DNA of 64,000 bases from Chitinophagia bacterium (GTDB lineage: Bacteria > Bacteroidota > Bacteroidia > Chitinophagales > Chitinophagaceae): contig RFZW01000001.1 of NCBI GenBank assembly GCA_009920495.1, positions 4,191-68,190 on the forward strand. The letters are read 5' to 3'. The position numbers and the translations under genes are program-made. Of this stretch, positions 1-9,174 are shown piece by piece. The notes beneath the pieces are model-generated. The model ran no database searches. It worked only from the letters and a program-made list of their open reading frames with translations, and was not told where the DNA came from. Within the stretch, counting starts at the first letter, position 1, and every line of letters starts with the position of its first letter.

Positions 1-37
1 AATATTAACAATATATTTTGCCGAAGGAAAATTATAT

Positions 38-1537
38 TTGAAACATCTAATAGCTAAATATCTTCTTATGATTGTAAATACATTCAGAATATTACTAATA
101 TCAATGGTAATTATTGCTGTTTCTTGTAATAAGGCAAGTACCACAACAAGCACTACTGACACAAGTAATAGCGGCACCACAAACACCTATAACGAACTCT
201 TTGTTCCTCCTGCAATCACTGGAACAAATTTCAATTTAACCTTAGATAAGGCCACGAAGCAATTTAAAACTGGTGCATTAACTGCAACTTATGGGTATAA
301 TGGAAATAGTTTTTGGGGCCCTACGCTTTTTATGAATCAGGGAGATGATGTAAAAATAAATGTAAAAAATAATTTATCAGATCAAACCACAGTACATTGG
401 CATGGGTTTCATATTCCCGCAGTAATGGATGGTGGCCCCCATCAAATTATTGACGCTGGAGCAACTTGGTCACCCAATTTTAAAATAAAAAATAATGCGG
501 GTACTTATTGGTATCATCCACACCTTCATATGAAAACTTATGAGCAACTAGCGAAAGGAGCGGGTGGGTTCATTATTGTAAAGGACCCTGCTGAATCCGC
601 ATTGGCTTTACCAAGAACTTATGGTACTGATGATATTCCAATAGTATTTTCAAGTCGAAGATTTAATACAGATAATTCAATTGATATTACAGGTGCCTAT
701 GGAGATTATCTTATAGCAAACGGAACATTGAATGCACAAATTTCATTGCCAAAACAGTTTGTGAGATTAAGATTATTAAATGCTGAAATTGAGAGAGGAT
801 ATGATATCGGATTAAGTGATAATAGGACTTTTAACATTATTGGAAATGATGGTGGGTTATTAAATGCACCAGTTGCCGTAAATAGAGTAAAACTAATGCC
901 TGGAGAGCGTGTTGAAATATTAATAAATTTAGGAAACGATGTAGTAGGAAGTAGCATTGATTTAAAAGCGTTTAATACAGGTCAAAAATTTGGATTCCCT
1001 GGTGCAGAACCAGCTCCGGCGGGTGAATTTGGAAGTTTATTAAACAATAAAGATTTCAATTTATTACATATAATAATTGGGGCCTCTACATCTAATGCAA
1101 TAACTGCTTTGCCAAATAAACTAGCTAGTAATACTTATTGGACAAATGCGGAAGTAACAAATAGCAGAACTATTAATATTACAGGTGGTCAAGCAGGATC
1201 CGCTTTTAATTTTGACAATAATACGTATGGTTTTACAAAAATTAATCAAACCATCAATTTAAATGCAATTGAAAAGTGGACTATTGTTAATAATAATATT
1301 TTTGGTCATTCCTTTCATGTTCATGATGTTCAGTTTAAAATAATAGCTAGGAGTTCAGGAGCTGTTGGAGAACATGAATCGGGCTGGAAAGATACAGTAT
1401 ATGTTCCTTTGGGGGAAACAGTCACGGTGATAGCAAAATTTGATGATTTTTCGGATGCGGTAAACCCATATATGTATCATTGTCATTTCTCCAATCATGA
1501 AGATGGCGGAATGATGGGTCAGTTTTTAGTAAAATAA
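38..1537 (+). CDS. Multicopper oxidase (CueO/SufI family), probable lipoprotein
   Basis: Cu-binding motifs HWHG, WYHPH, HSFHVH, HCHFSNHEDGGMM; lipobox-like AVSC; the start may be the downstream ATG at 68. Confidence 0.92.
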   Translation: MKHLIAKYLLMIVNTFRILLISMVIIAVSCNKASTTTSTTDTSNSGTTNTYNELFVPPAITGTNFNLTLDKATKQFKTGALTATYGYNGNSFWGPTLFMNQGDDVKINVKNNLSDQTTVHWHGFHIPAVMDGGPHQIIDAGATWSPNFKIKNNAGTYWYHPHLHMKTYEQLAKGAGGFIIVKDPAESALALPRTYGTDDIPIVFSSRRFNTDNSIDITGAYGDYLIANGTLNAQISLPKQFVRLRLLNAEIERGYDIGLSDNRTFNIIGNDGGLLNAPVAVNRVKLMPGERVEILINLGNDVVGSSIDLKAFNTGQKFGFPGAEPAPAGEFGSLLNNKDFNLLHIIIGASTSNAITALPNKLASNTYWTNAEVTNSRTINITGGQAGSAFNFDNNTYGFTKINQTINLNAIEKWTIVNNNIFGHSFHVHDVQFKIIARSSGAVGEHESGWKDTVYVPLGETVTVIAKFDDFSDAVNPYMYHCHFSNHEDGGMMGQFLVK

Positions 1538-1543
1538 TTTAGA

Positions 1544-2101
1544 TTGAAAATTAATTCACCTATTATATTGACGGTTTGGGCTATAGTAACAATAGCATGT
1601 AATAGTAACTATGAGCCACCGAAAGTTGAAGTTAAAAACAATGACACACTTTTATCAAAAACCGATAGTGGTTGGATATACAATAAGCAACCATTTAATG
1701 GGTACATGGTACAAGTTGAAAATGATGGAAGGGTGGTGTACAAACTACCCGTTATAGATGGTAATGAAGAAGGCTTAGCTATAGGATTTTACAACACTGG
1801 TGAAAAATTATTAGAAAGAAAATTTGAGCATGGTCAAAAGCAAGGTGTTTTTAAGCAGTGGTGGCCAAATGGGAACCTAAGGTATTTATTTAATTATAAT
1901 CATGATAAATACGATGGGAAGCAAATAGTGTATTTTCATTTTGGGAAAATACAAGAAGAAAAAAATTACTATAATGGTAAAGAAGAAGGCGTTCAAAGAA
2001 TTTGGGATTCAATAGGTAATTTAATTTCCAATTACACTGTGAAAAACAATAAAATATATGGTGCTTTATCAGCGAAGGATTGCATGCCCGTTACTCGTTA
2101 A
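1544..2101 (+). CDS. MORN-variant repeat (YwqK-like) lipoprotein
   Basis: Repeated G-x-x-x-x-(Y/W)-x-x-x-G units (EEGLAIGFYNTG, QGVFKQWWPNG, DGKQIVYFHFG); lipobox-like TIAC. Confidence 0.75.
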   Translation: MKINSPIILTVWAIVTIACNSNYEPPKVEVKNNDTLLSKTDSGWIYNKQPFNGYMVQVENDGRVVYKLPVIDGNEEGLAIGFYNTGEKLLERKFEHGQKQGVFKQWWPNGNLRYLFNYNHDKYDGKQIVYFHFGKIQEEKNYYNGKEEGVQRIWDSIGNLISNYTVKNNKIYGALSAKDCMPVTR

Positions 2102-2702
2102 ATTATTTGCAATAGTATTGATTGTATTGCATTTGTCAAGCTGTAATGTCTTTTCAAATAATGAAATATTGCCTTATTATAATTCACAGGACTTAACCCC
2201 GAATTGGAATACAAAAAAAGAACATCGAATTACTGCATTTAATTTTGTTGATCAAAATGGGAAAAACTTTGGATCCAAATCATTAAAAGATAAAATATAT
2301 ATTGCTAATTTCTTTTTTACCACCTGCCCAGGTATTTGTCCTAAGATGACAAAATGCTTTAAGGTTTTACAGGATAGTATTTCTTTAATGAATCATGTTG
2401 AACTAGTATCTTTTTCTGTGATGCCATGGATAGATACCGTTAATAAATTAAAAAAATATGGAGAAGAGAATGGCGTTAATCCTGCAAAGTGGCATTTGTT
2501 AACAGGAGATAAATCAATAATTTATTCGCTAGGTCGTTCTTCATTTTTTGCTGACAATAATAAGTTAACTGATAGCACTACCTTTCTTCATACAGATAAA
2601 ATGTATTTAATAGATAAGAGCCAACAAATAAGAGGTGTTTATAATGCTACAAATATGGATGATATTTCTAGAGTATTAACGGATATTAAAGCTTTGAAGT
2701 AA
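2058..2702 (+). CDS. SCO family copper chaperone
   Basis: FFFTTCPGICP (CxxxC), downstream conserved His (FLHT), WHLLTG; exact start uncertain. Confidence 0.9.
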   Translation: MVLYQRRIACPLLVKLFAIVLIVLHLSSCNVFSNNEILPYYNSQDLTPNWNTKKEHRITAFNFVDQNGKNFGSKSLKDKIYIANFFFTTCPGICPKMTKCFKVLQDSISLMNHVELVSFSVMPWIDTVNKLKKYGEENGVNPAKWHLLTGDKSIIYSLGRSSFFADNNKLTDSTTFLHTDKMYLIDKSQQIRGVYNATNMDDISRVLTDIKALK

Positions 2703-2732
2703 TAAGAAACGGGTTGTATAATATTTATTCCC

Positions 2733-2794
2733 CTGCGTGAGGAAAACACCCCCTGAATTCGGTTAAAATCGGTTGATTTCCGTTTTGTATAAAC
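2733..2794 (+). repeat. att-like repeat copy 1 (left arm only, truncated)
   Basis: CTGCGTGAGGAAAACACCCCCTGAATTCGGTTAAAATCGGTTGATTTCCGTTTTGT closely matches the left arms starting at 3723 and 12489. Confidence 0.85.
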
Positions 2795-2905
2795 CTAATT
2801 TGCCCCCTTTTATTTTTCTTATAACTGTTTAATATTCAGTCATTTAATGGTTAATTCAACGAAAAAGTAGGCGTTCTTTAATTTAATTGTAAATTTGCTT
2901 TTACA

Positions 2906-3220
2906 ATGAATAAGATACAATACAATACAAAACAAGACCTAATGAGCGCTATCTCTGAAAACAGAGACGTGATTAAATCATTTGGGGTAAATGGTTTGGG
3001 TATTTTTGGATCCTTTTCAAAAGGAACTGCTGTTGAAACAAGTGATGTTGATTTATTAGTTGATTTTATTCCAGAAAAAAAGAGCTTTGATAACTTTATG
3101 GATTTGTCATTCTTTTTGGAAGGCTTGTTTGGCAGAAAGGTTGAACTAGTTACTCGACAATCATTAAGTAAACATATTGGCCCACATATTTTAAATGAGG
3201 TAATTAATGTCAGCCTCTAA
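2906..3220 (+). CDS. MNT minimal nucleotidyltransferase (MntA-type antitoxin)
   Basis: GIFGSFSKG...SDVDLLVDF (GS-x10-DxD); 104 aa; overlaps the HEPN gene. Confidence 0.9.
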   Translation: MNKIQYNTKQDLMSAISENRDVIKSFGVNGLGIFGSFSKGTAVETSDVDLLVDFIPEKKSFDNFMDLSFFLEGLFGRKVELVTRQSLSKHIGPHILNEVINVSL

Positions 3221-3536
3221 TCTTGAGTTGGTTCGTCATATTTTGACTGAAACAGCTTTTATTATCCAACATACTGATAAAAAATCTAAAGAGCAAGTTA
3301 TTGAAGATGAAGTGCTTTGTCGCGCTGTTGTTAGAAGCATTGAAATTATTGGGGAAGCATCAAAAAAAATTGATGAGGAATTTAAAGCCTCACATATTCA
3401 TATTGAATGGAAGAAAATGGCTGGTGCAAGGGATAAGTTAATTCATGATTACTTCGGAATAGATTATGATATAGTATGGGACATCATTCAAAATAAAATC
3501 CCAGATTTGGATCATTTTTTAAACGAGTTATTATAA
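3207..3536 (+). CDS. HEPN/DUF86 ribonuclease toxin (HepT-type)
   Basis: EIIGEA and RDKLIHDY (Rx4HxY) motifs. Confidence 0.9.
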   Translation: MSASNLELVRHILTETAFIIQHTDKKSKEQVIEDEVLCRAVVRSIEIIGEASKKIDEEFKASHIHIEWKKMAGARDKLIHDYFGIDYDIVWDIIQNKIPDLDHFLNELL

Positions 3537-3556
3537 CTGGTTTGTAGTAATTAAAT

Positions 3557-3703
3557 TTACTTTCTTTGCCTCTTCTTCTTGATGGATTTACCCTTCAACC
3601 ATTGTACTTGTTTCCTTGCTTCCTCTATGGTAACTGGAGGCTGTTTCGATAAGATGATGCTGCACATCTTAGCTCTTTCTTTAAATGATATATTGAAATA
3701 CAT
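3557..3703 (-). CDS. Small basic hypothetical protein (48 aa, below the ORF-track cutoff)
   Basis: Hand translation ATG..TAA: MYFNISFKERAKMCSIILSKQPPVTIEEARKQVQWLKGKSIKKKRQRK; convergent with HEPN. Confidence 0.45.
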   Translation of the reverse strand: MYFNISFKERAKMCSIILSKQPPVTIEEARKQVQWLKGKSIKKKRQRK

Positions 3704-3826
3704 CTTATAAAATTAATGTTTTCTGCGTGAGGAAAACACCCCCTGAATTCGACTGAAATCGGTTGTTTTTGGTTTTGTAAAAACATAACACATTACAAAT
3801 CAACGCTTTCATTTTCTCAAAAAATC

Positions 3827-3870
3827 TTCATAACCCTGAGGTCCCGGGTTCAAATCCCGGTCTCGCTACA
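3827..3870 (+). pseudogene. 3' half of elongator tRNA-Met(CAT) (att core fragment)
   Basis: TTCATAA anticodon loop, CCCTG, AGGTC, T-arm CCGGG-TTCAAAT-CCCGG, acceptor 3' strand TCTCGCT-A; no D-arm or 5' acceptor strand upstream. Confidence 0.88.
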
Positions 3871-3912
3871 AAGCCTTTCAACTGAACGCGAAGCGTTTAG
3901 TTGAAAGGCTTT
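3870..3912 (+). terminator. Long hairpin after the tRNA fragment
   Basis: AAAGCCTTTCAACTGAACGC-GAA-GCGTTTAGTTGAAAGGCTTT, 20-bp stem with one G-U pair. Confidence 0.65.
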
Positions 3913-4006
3913 GGGTAAGGCAAACTGTTTGGGAAGACAATGCGCAGATTGGCCATCCCGTTAAATCGTGGGTCCTTTGTTGTTTCTGCGTGAGGTTTTT
4001 GAATAG

Positions 4007-4216
4007 TTACTTCCCGTTCCACGCGTCTATTATTCCTGCTTTAATATCAGTATAACTTGTCATAAGCCAAATTACTAAAACAATAAATAAAATAGTTTTG
4101 CAATGGGTTTTTACCAAAGTTTTTAGGTCATTGAGGAATTGATTCATATCTGTGATTTTAAGTGTTAAATTAAATTCATAGGGTTTGGTATCAGGTTTTT
4201 TAACAAATTCAGACAA
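4007..4216 (-). CDS. Small hypothetical membrane protein
   Basis: One hydrophobic segment (ILFIVLVIWLM); last gene of the minus-strand operon; the start may be the internal Met. Confidence 0.55.
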   Translation of the reverse strand: MSEFVKKPDTKPYEFNLTLKITDMNQFLNDLKTLVKTHCKTILFIVLVIWLMTSYTDIKAGIIDAWNGK

Positions 4217-4218
4217 AT

Positions 4219-5178
4219 CTAATTTCCATCAAATCTAAGAAGTACAATATTATCTAGAATTAAGTTAGATGACCATATAAATTGTGCGCCGCTAAATTGT
4301 GAACTAAAGTTGGTAAAAGAAACTTTGGGTCCTACTTGCGTTGATGTAAAAATATTTGCCGAAGGCCATGCATTAAAATCGTAAGCTGCTGCATACCAGT
4401 CACTAGGAATTGCCCAATGTAATGCGTAAGAAGCATTTGCGGAAGTTGGATAAGTATTACAGCCACTTGAATTACGAATGGCGCCAGTTTCCGTAACACA
4501 ATTTACATTACTCAATGGGGCTATATAAAATGTTTGTGCTTTCCAATTTGAATTTGTAACTGTACCATCGCTAAATTTGGCTATAAATCCCCCGTCACCT
4601 GGGTAAAATGAATTTCCCCCATTAAGTTCACTGCCAATACCTAAATTTTCTTCCCAGTCAATAAGTTTAATTGCATATTTAATTGGTCGCTTTGCTTTAA
4701 ATTTAACAAAGCTTGAATTAAATGGTGTATATGGAATAGGATCAACACCTACTAATTTACCATTCACATAAAGTTCGAAATAATTATCGCCATATAAAAA
4801 ACCACTAATGATTTCTCCATCGTTATCAATAATAATGACTGGGGCTTTTGCTGTATCTGCTAAATTAATTGATGCAGGTGTTTTTCCAACACACTCATTA
4901 TACAAATCAAATAATTTTATACCTGTTGCAAAGCTATTTTCACCCGGTAGTATCCATGTTTTATTGTCTTTTGAAATTATACTACCCATATTTGTAACTC
5001 TACCTCCACTACAGCTATAAATGGAACTATTTGAAATGGCACCTGTTCCTTGCGTGATTGAGCCTGTTCCTGTATAAGTGGCAGGCTGAGTGATAATGTT
5101 ATTATCATTTTGTACAGTATTTTTTGTACAGCCTATTATTAAAATATTGATAATAAAGATTATTGATTTATTGTTCAT
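4219..5178 (-). CDS. Hypothetical lipoprotein, beta-sandwich/lectin-like
   Basis: Lipobox IIGC; DNYFELYVNG and GDGGFIAKF motifs; Cys pairs. Confidence 0.7.
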   Translation of the reverse strand: MNNKSIIFIINILIIGCTKNTVQNDNNIITQPATYTGTGSITQGTGAISNSSIYSCSGGRVTNMGSIISKDNKTWILPGENSFATGIKLFDLYNECVGKTPASINLADTAKAPVIIIDNDGEIISGFLYGDNYFELYVNGKLVGVDPIPYTPFNSSFVKFKAKRPIKYAIKLIDWEENLGIGSELNGGNSFYPGDGGFIAKFSDGTVTNSNWKAQTFYIAPLSNVNCVTETGAIRNSSGCNTYPTSANASYALHWAIPSDWYAAAYDFNAWPSANIFTSTQVGPKVSFTNFSSQFSGAQFIWSSNLILDNIVLLRFDGN

Positions 5179-5179
5179 A

Positions 5180-5389
5180 CTATTTTACTCTTGGTTTGTA
5201 TCTATATGTATTTAAATTTTTGCCAAGTCTCAAATTTGGTTTAGAAGAATAAAATAATGGGCGGTTATAATTATTTCGATAATTATTGTAACGATTATAA
5301 ACGACTACACTTTTCCGGGGATATCTGTATTCTGGATAGCAGCCTGAAATTATTAATGTAGTGATTAAAAAAAATAGAAATAATTTCAT
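5180..5389 (-). CDS. Small hypothetical lipoprotein
   Basis: Signal peptide ending ISGC; tightly packed in the operon. Confidence 0.55.
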   Translation of the reverse strand: MKLFLFFLITTLIISGCYPEYRYPRKSVVVYNRYNNYRNNYNRPLFYSSKPNLRLGKNLNTYRYKPRVK

Positions 5390-5406
5390 AAAGTTATATT
5401 TTAATA

Positions 5407-6825
5407 TTAACGTTGATAGTTTGTTGTAGTAACAATTCCTCCTGTATCAGTTAATGTATAAGTATATTTATTATTAATATCCCAACTGTATTTTACGAAA
5501 CCTGTTTTAGCTCCAATTTTATAAGTTAATAAATAGCCATTGGATCCTACAGCAGCAAAATCGAAAATGACAGCCCCTTTTAATGGGCTTGTTGCAGGTC
5601 GAACAGGTTTGGTAAAAGCTTGTGGCAATATTTGATTCTCGGGTGCTGGTGTTGATGGGTCTAAATTTACTTTTCCTTTCATGGCACCTACTACATATGG
5701 ATAATCACTGGTACCATGATAATGATAGATATTGTTACTTCCAACATGACCATGACATGAATCCAAGGCAATCATTGTACTACCATCTGGCTCTTTGCTT
5801 CCATAAACCGGGAATCCATCTAATGCAAAAGCAATAGGTTTTAATCCAGAAGTAGTTGATAAGTGAAGTGGTGCTGCATGATAGTGGTAGTCATCACCAC
5901 GTCCACAATGCCCACCCCAATTATCTAATTCACCAATTAAATAGGAATCCTCTCCGCGATTGTTCAGTGCATTAAAAATTGGAATACCATTTACTGCAAC
6001 AGCCACTGCGCCCTTCATTAAATTCGTTTTGGTACTTAATGGGGTAGTTGCATAAGCGGGTTGTAATGGGATAGACCAACTGTTGTTATCGGTATAAGGT
6101 TGCGAAATGGGGACTTGTTGTTGCCAACTGGTAATTCCAATCATCATATTATGACTGGGTATGCCAGTTGATCCAATATAAAAGTATGTATCATCCCATT
6201 TGGTAGTAATACTTGGCTTGTAAGGGGTGAAAGCGGAATCTATAAAACCAGTACTCGTTTTTGGAAGCGTAGCAATTGTGTTGTTATTATTTGTGTTCCC
6301 ATTGGTAATGTTGGTTGTAGCTGATTTGCTACATGCAATAGCAACCGTAGTAATGACTAACAATGAAATGCCAAGGAGGTTTAAGTTATTTTTTAAAACA
6401 TATTTATTAAACAAAATTGGTTTAAATATCTTGAATAGTGTAAGTGGTGTTAGTATAATTAATAGATATTGTAAAATTGTTATTAATATAGTTGAAGTAG
6501 AGTTGCCAGAATTTGTAATGTCAAAGTTGTAATTTATTTGGTTTAATTTATTAATCTTAAATTTTGCTAATTTTTGATCTTGTATACTTAAATCTTGGAT
6601 AGGAACAGCTAATAATTTTCCATCTTCTTTTTCTAAATAAATTACATCGCCTTTATTCATCAAAAAATTACCTTTTAATGAGTTGCCGTTTTTCAATTGC
6701 CATGTATTGTATATAGTTCCGTCTCCATGATGATAATGACCACCACTGTGTGCAAACGTTGATAGCGGTTTAGTAATTAATAGTAAAATCATGCATGTAA
6801 AAAACGCCAATAGCTTCTTTTTCAT
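5407..6825 (-). CDS. YHYH domain protein with His-rich N-terminus and SHD1-like domain
   Basis: GVAVNG-like AVAVNGIPIF, GGHCGRGDDYHYH, ALDGFPVYG, LDSCHGH, YHYHG; HSGGHYHH after the signal peptide; two internal TM segments. Confidence 0.88.
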   Translation of the reverse strand: MKKKLLAFFTCMILLLITKPLSTFAHSGGHYHHGDGTIYNTWQLKNGNSLKGNFLMNKGDVIYLEKEDGKLLAVPIQDLSIQDQKLAKFKINKLNQINYNFDITNSGNSTSTILITILQYLLIILTPLTLFKIFKPILFNKYVLKNNLNLLGISLLVITTVAIACSKSATTNITNGNTNNNNTIATLPKTSTGFIDSAFTPYKPSITTKWDDTYFYIGSTGIPSHNMMIGITSWQQQVPISQPYTDNNSWSIPLQPAYATTPLSTKTNLMKGAVAVAVNGIPIFNALNNRGEDSYLIGELDNWGGHCGRGDDYHYHAAPLHLSTTSGLKPIAFALDGFPVYGSKEPDGSTMIALDSCHGHVGSNNIYHYHGTSDYPYVVGAMKGKVNLDPSTPAPENQILPQAFTKPVRPATSPLKGAVIFDFAAVGSNGYLLTYKIGAKTGFVKYSWDINNKYTYTLTDTGGIVTTTNYQR

Positions 6826-6834
6826 ATTTGTAAT

Positions 6835-7413
6835 TTATCTGGTATAAGTGACAGTCATAACAGTACTGTCTAAAATTTTATTTCTAATGCCTGCAAGTAA
6901 TATATCCATAGTAACCTGCGAACTACTCACTGAAATGGTTGGTGCTGCACTTAATGCGTATAAAGTTAAAATATAAACCTTAGCCCCAGGACCTTGAGAA
7001 CAAGGAGGGGTGTATGTATTTTTTCTATCCACTGTGTTTATACCAAAGCTTCCAATACTTTTTGAGTTGTCAGATAAGGAAGTAACCGTATTGGGAATAT
7101 TATACAAAACAATGTATACATGTTTATCTTCAGTAGGGTAAGATGGAGGAAAATGATGCATGGTAATTGCATAAGAATTAGTCCCTGATGGTGCATTTGA
7201 CCACTGCAAACCTGGCGAAAAACCACTACTATCACAGGTATAAACTTTTGGATAAATGCCATTATTGGCAAATCCGTTCCCAGTAAATACGAGCTGTTTA
7301 GCAATAGTAGTTGGCAATGGAGTGGTGGAGTTAGTGTTACTATTTGTACTCGTGCTTTTGGAGCAGCTTAAAAAACTAACAAAAACAAAAAATGTTATTA
7401 AAATTGATTTCAT
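6835..7413 (-). CDS. YbhB/YbcL (PEBP/Raf kinase inhibitor-like) lipoprotein
   Basis: YTCD, SPGLQWSNAP, YTPPCSQGPG, YILTLYALS; lipobox FLSC. Confidence 0.85.
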   Translation of the reverse strand: MKSILITFFVFVSFLSCSKSTSTNSNTNSTTPLPTTIAKQLVFTGNGFANNGIYPKVYTCDSSGFSPGLQWSNAPSGTNSYAITMHHFPPSYPTEDKHVYIVLYNIPNTVTSLSDNSKSIGSFGINTVDRKNTYTPPCSQGPGAKVYILTLYALSAAPTISVSSSQVTMDILLAGIRNKILDSTVMTVTYTR

Positions 7414-7526
7414 AGGGGCATCAATATTGATATTTGGACAGATTTAAATAATTAAAGTTTAATTTTTATTAAACTTTATTTCTCTTCTTAAGTCTAATTT
7501 AACAAAGTTGTAAACGTTGAATCCAT

Positions 7527-9167
7527 ATGGTAAAAAATGTATTTTGTTTTTTAATGGTTTTATGCTTTTCCACAATTGTCAAAGGTCAAAATTATACCAT
7601 CATTCTAGGAAGACCTACTGATAAATCTGTGACTATAAGCATACTTTTTGATCTAAATGTTGATTATTACATTGAATATGGGACTAATTCCGGAGTTTAT
7701 GGAAAAACCACTACAAATTTTGTTGCGAAAGCAAATGTTCCTGATGAGATTGACCTTACAGGATTAAATGCTAATACGAAGTATTATTATAGGGTACAAT
7801 ATAAATCAAATTCAGTATCAAATTTTAAGGTTTCTTCTGAATATTACTTTAACACTCAACGTTCCATAAATACTGTGTTCACTTTCACTGTTGAATCAGA
7901 TGAGCATTTATATGATAAAAAGGGGATTAGAAGTATGTATCAGATAAGTTTGAACAATCAAGCCTTAGACAAACCTGATTTTATGCTTTCATTGGGAGAT
8001 ATTTTTGGGGATGATCACAATCCATTTACAATTACCTCTGCTGAATTAGATGTTTTACACAAGGACTATCGACAATATTTAGGGTCAATTTGTCATTCCA
8101 TTCCTTTTTATATTTCCTTGGGAAATCATGAAGGGGAAAATGATTTTTTTTTAGGTCAAACACCCCCCAACAATTTAGCAATATGGGGAACCCAGTGGCG
8201 CAAGTATTATTACCCTAATCCTTATCCAAATTCATTTTATTCTGGAAATGATGATGTTGAACCTTATGGCGTTGCTAATCCTGAAAACTATTATGCTTGG
8301 ACGTGGGGGGATGCATTATTTGTGGTTTTGGATGTATACCGAAATCAAAATCCAAATTCAGATAAACCACAAGGTTGGGATTGGTCATTAGGTGCGAAAC
8401 AATATAATTGGTTAAAAACAACCCTTGAAAAAAGTACATCTAAATATAAATTTGTTTTTGCTCATCATAATAGAGGTCAAGGACGAGGTGGTATTATTCC
8501 AGCAAAATTATTTGAATGGGGTGGTTATGAGCAAGATGGTAAAACATGGGGTTTTGATAAAAATAGGCCAGGATGGAGCAAACCTATTCATCAATTATTT
8601 AAAGATAATGGGGTAAATATCTTTTTTCAGGGACATGATCATTTGTTTGCACATGAAATGATGGATGGAGTTCATTATCAGGAAGTTCCTATGCCAAGTG
8701 ATTCAACTTATATGATCGGGAAACTTGCAAATGCAGATGCTTTCGTTTCAGACACTTTGGATGGCACAGGTCATATACGTGTTAGTGTTTCATCTTCCTG
8801 TGTAAAAGTTGATTATGTAAAAGCATACTTACCCAAGGATACTTTGGATGGTAAACATAAAAATAGAGAAATTGGCTTTAGTTATACAATTGGCAGTTGT
8901 ATAGTTACAGGCATAAATGACTTACCAAGTGCATCAAATAGTGAGTTTGTAGAAGTTTTTCCTAATCCTGCAAAAAATAAATTATTCCTTCGTTTTATAA
9001 ATAATATCAACAGTTTTGAAGCTAAGTTAATAAATATTAACGGAGATATTTTATTAATATCTAATAACAAAGAAATAGATGTTTCAGGATGGCAGCCAGG
9101 AATATATTTTTTAAATATACAGGCAGGCAATCAAGCTGCAAGAAAAAAAATTATAATAAGCAATTAA
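7527..9167 (+). CDS. Secreted metallophosphoesterase with FN3/PAP N-domain and T9SS C-terminal domain (paralog 1)
   Basis: SDEH, LGD, GNHE, GHDH; C-terminal VFPNPA...GIYFL T9SS sorting domain. Confidence 0.88.
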   Translation: MVKNVFCFLMVLCFSTIVKGQNYTIILGRPTDKSVTISILFDLNVDYYIEYGTNSGVYGKTTTNFVAKANVPDEIDLTGLNANTKYYYRVQYKSNSVSNFKVSSEYYFNTQRSINTVFTFTVESDEHLYDKKGIRSMYQISLNNQALDKPDFMLSLGDIFGDDHNPFTITSAELDVLHKDYRQYLGSICHSIPFYISLGNHEGENDFFLGQTPPNNLAIWGTQWRKYYYPNPYPNSFYSGNDDVEPYGVANPENYYAWTWGDALFVVLDVYRNQNPNSDKPQGWDWSLGAKQYNWLKTTLEKSTSKYKFVFAHHNRGQGRGGIIPAKLFEWGGYEQDGKTWGFDKNRPGWSKPIHQLFKDNGVNIFFQGHDHLFAHEMMDGVHYQEVPMPSDSTYMIGKLANADAFVSDTLDGTGHIRVSVSSSCVKVDYVKAYLPKDTLDGKHKNREIGFSYTIGSCIVTGINDLPSASNSEFVEVFPNPAKNKLFLRFINNINSFEAKLININGDILLISNNKEIDVSGWQPGIYFLNIQAGNQAARKKIIISN

Positions 9168-9174
9168 TTGTAAC

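Larger units (their letters stand above)
3723..3995 (+). mobile_element. attP-like junction, repeat copy 2 (complete: left arm, tRNA-Met 3' half, hairpin, right arm)
   Basis: CTGCGTGAGG at 3723 and 3986 in direct orientation; tRNA fragment 3827-3870; arms shared with the copies at 12489 and 19280. Confidence 0.8.

Noticed and set aside
3790-3870. Functional tRNA-Met genes at about 3800-3870 and 12560-12636
   Set aside because: Only the anticodon loop to the 3' end is present. Upstream sequence is AT-rich with no D-arm or 5' acceptor strand.
3723-3995. MITE/IS with terminal inverted repeats
   Set aside because: The terminal motifs are direct, not inverted. I found no transposase or target-site duplication.
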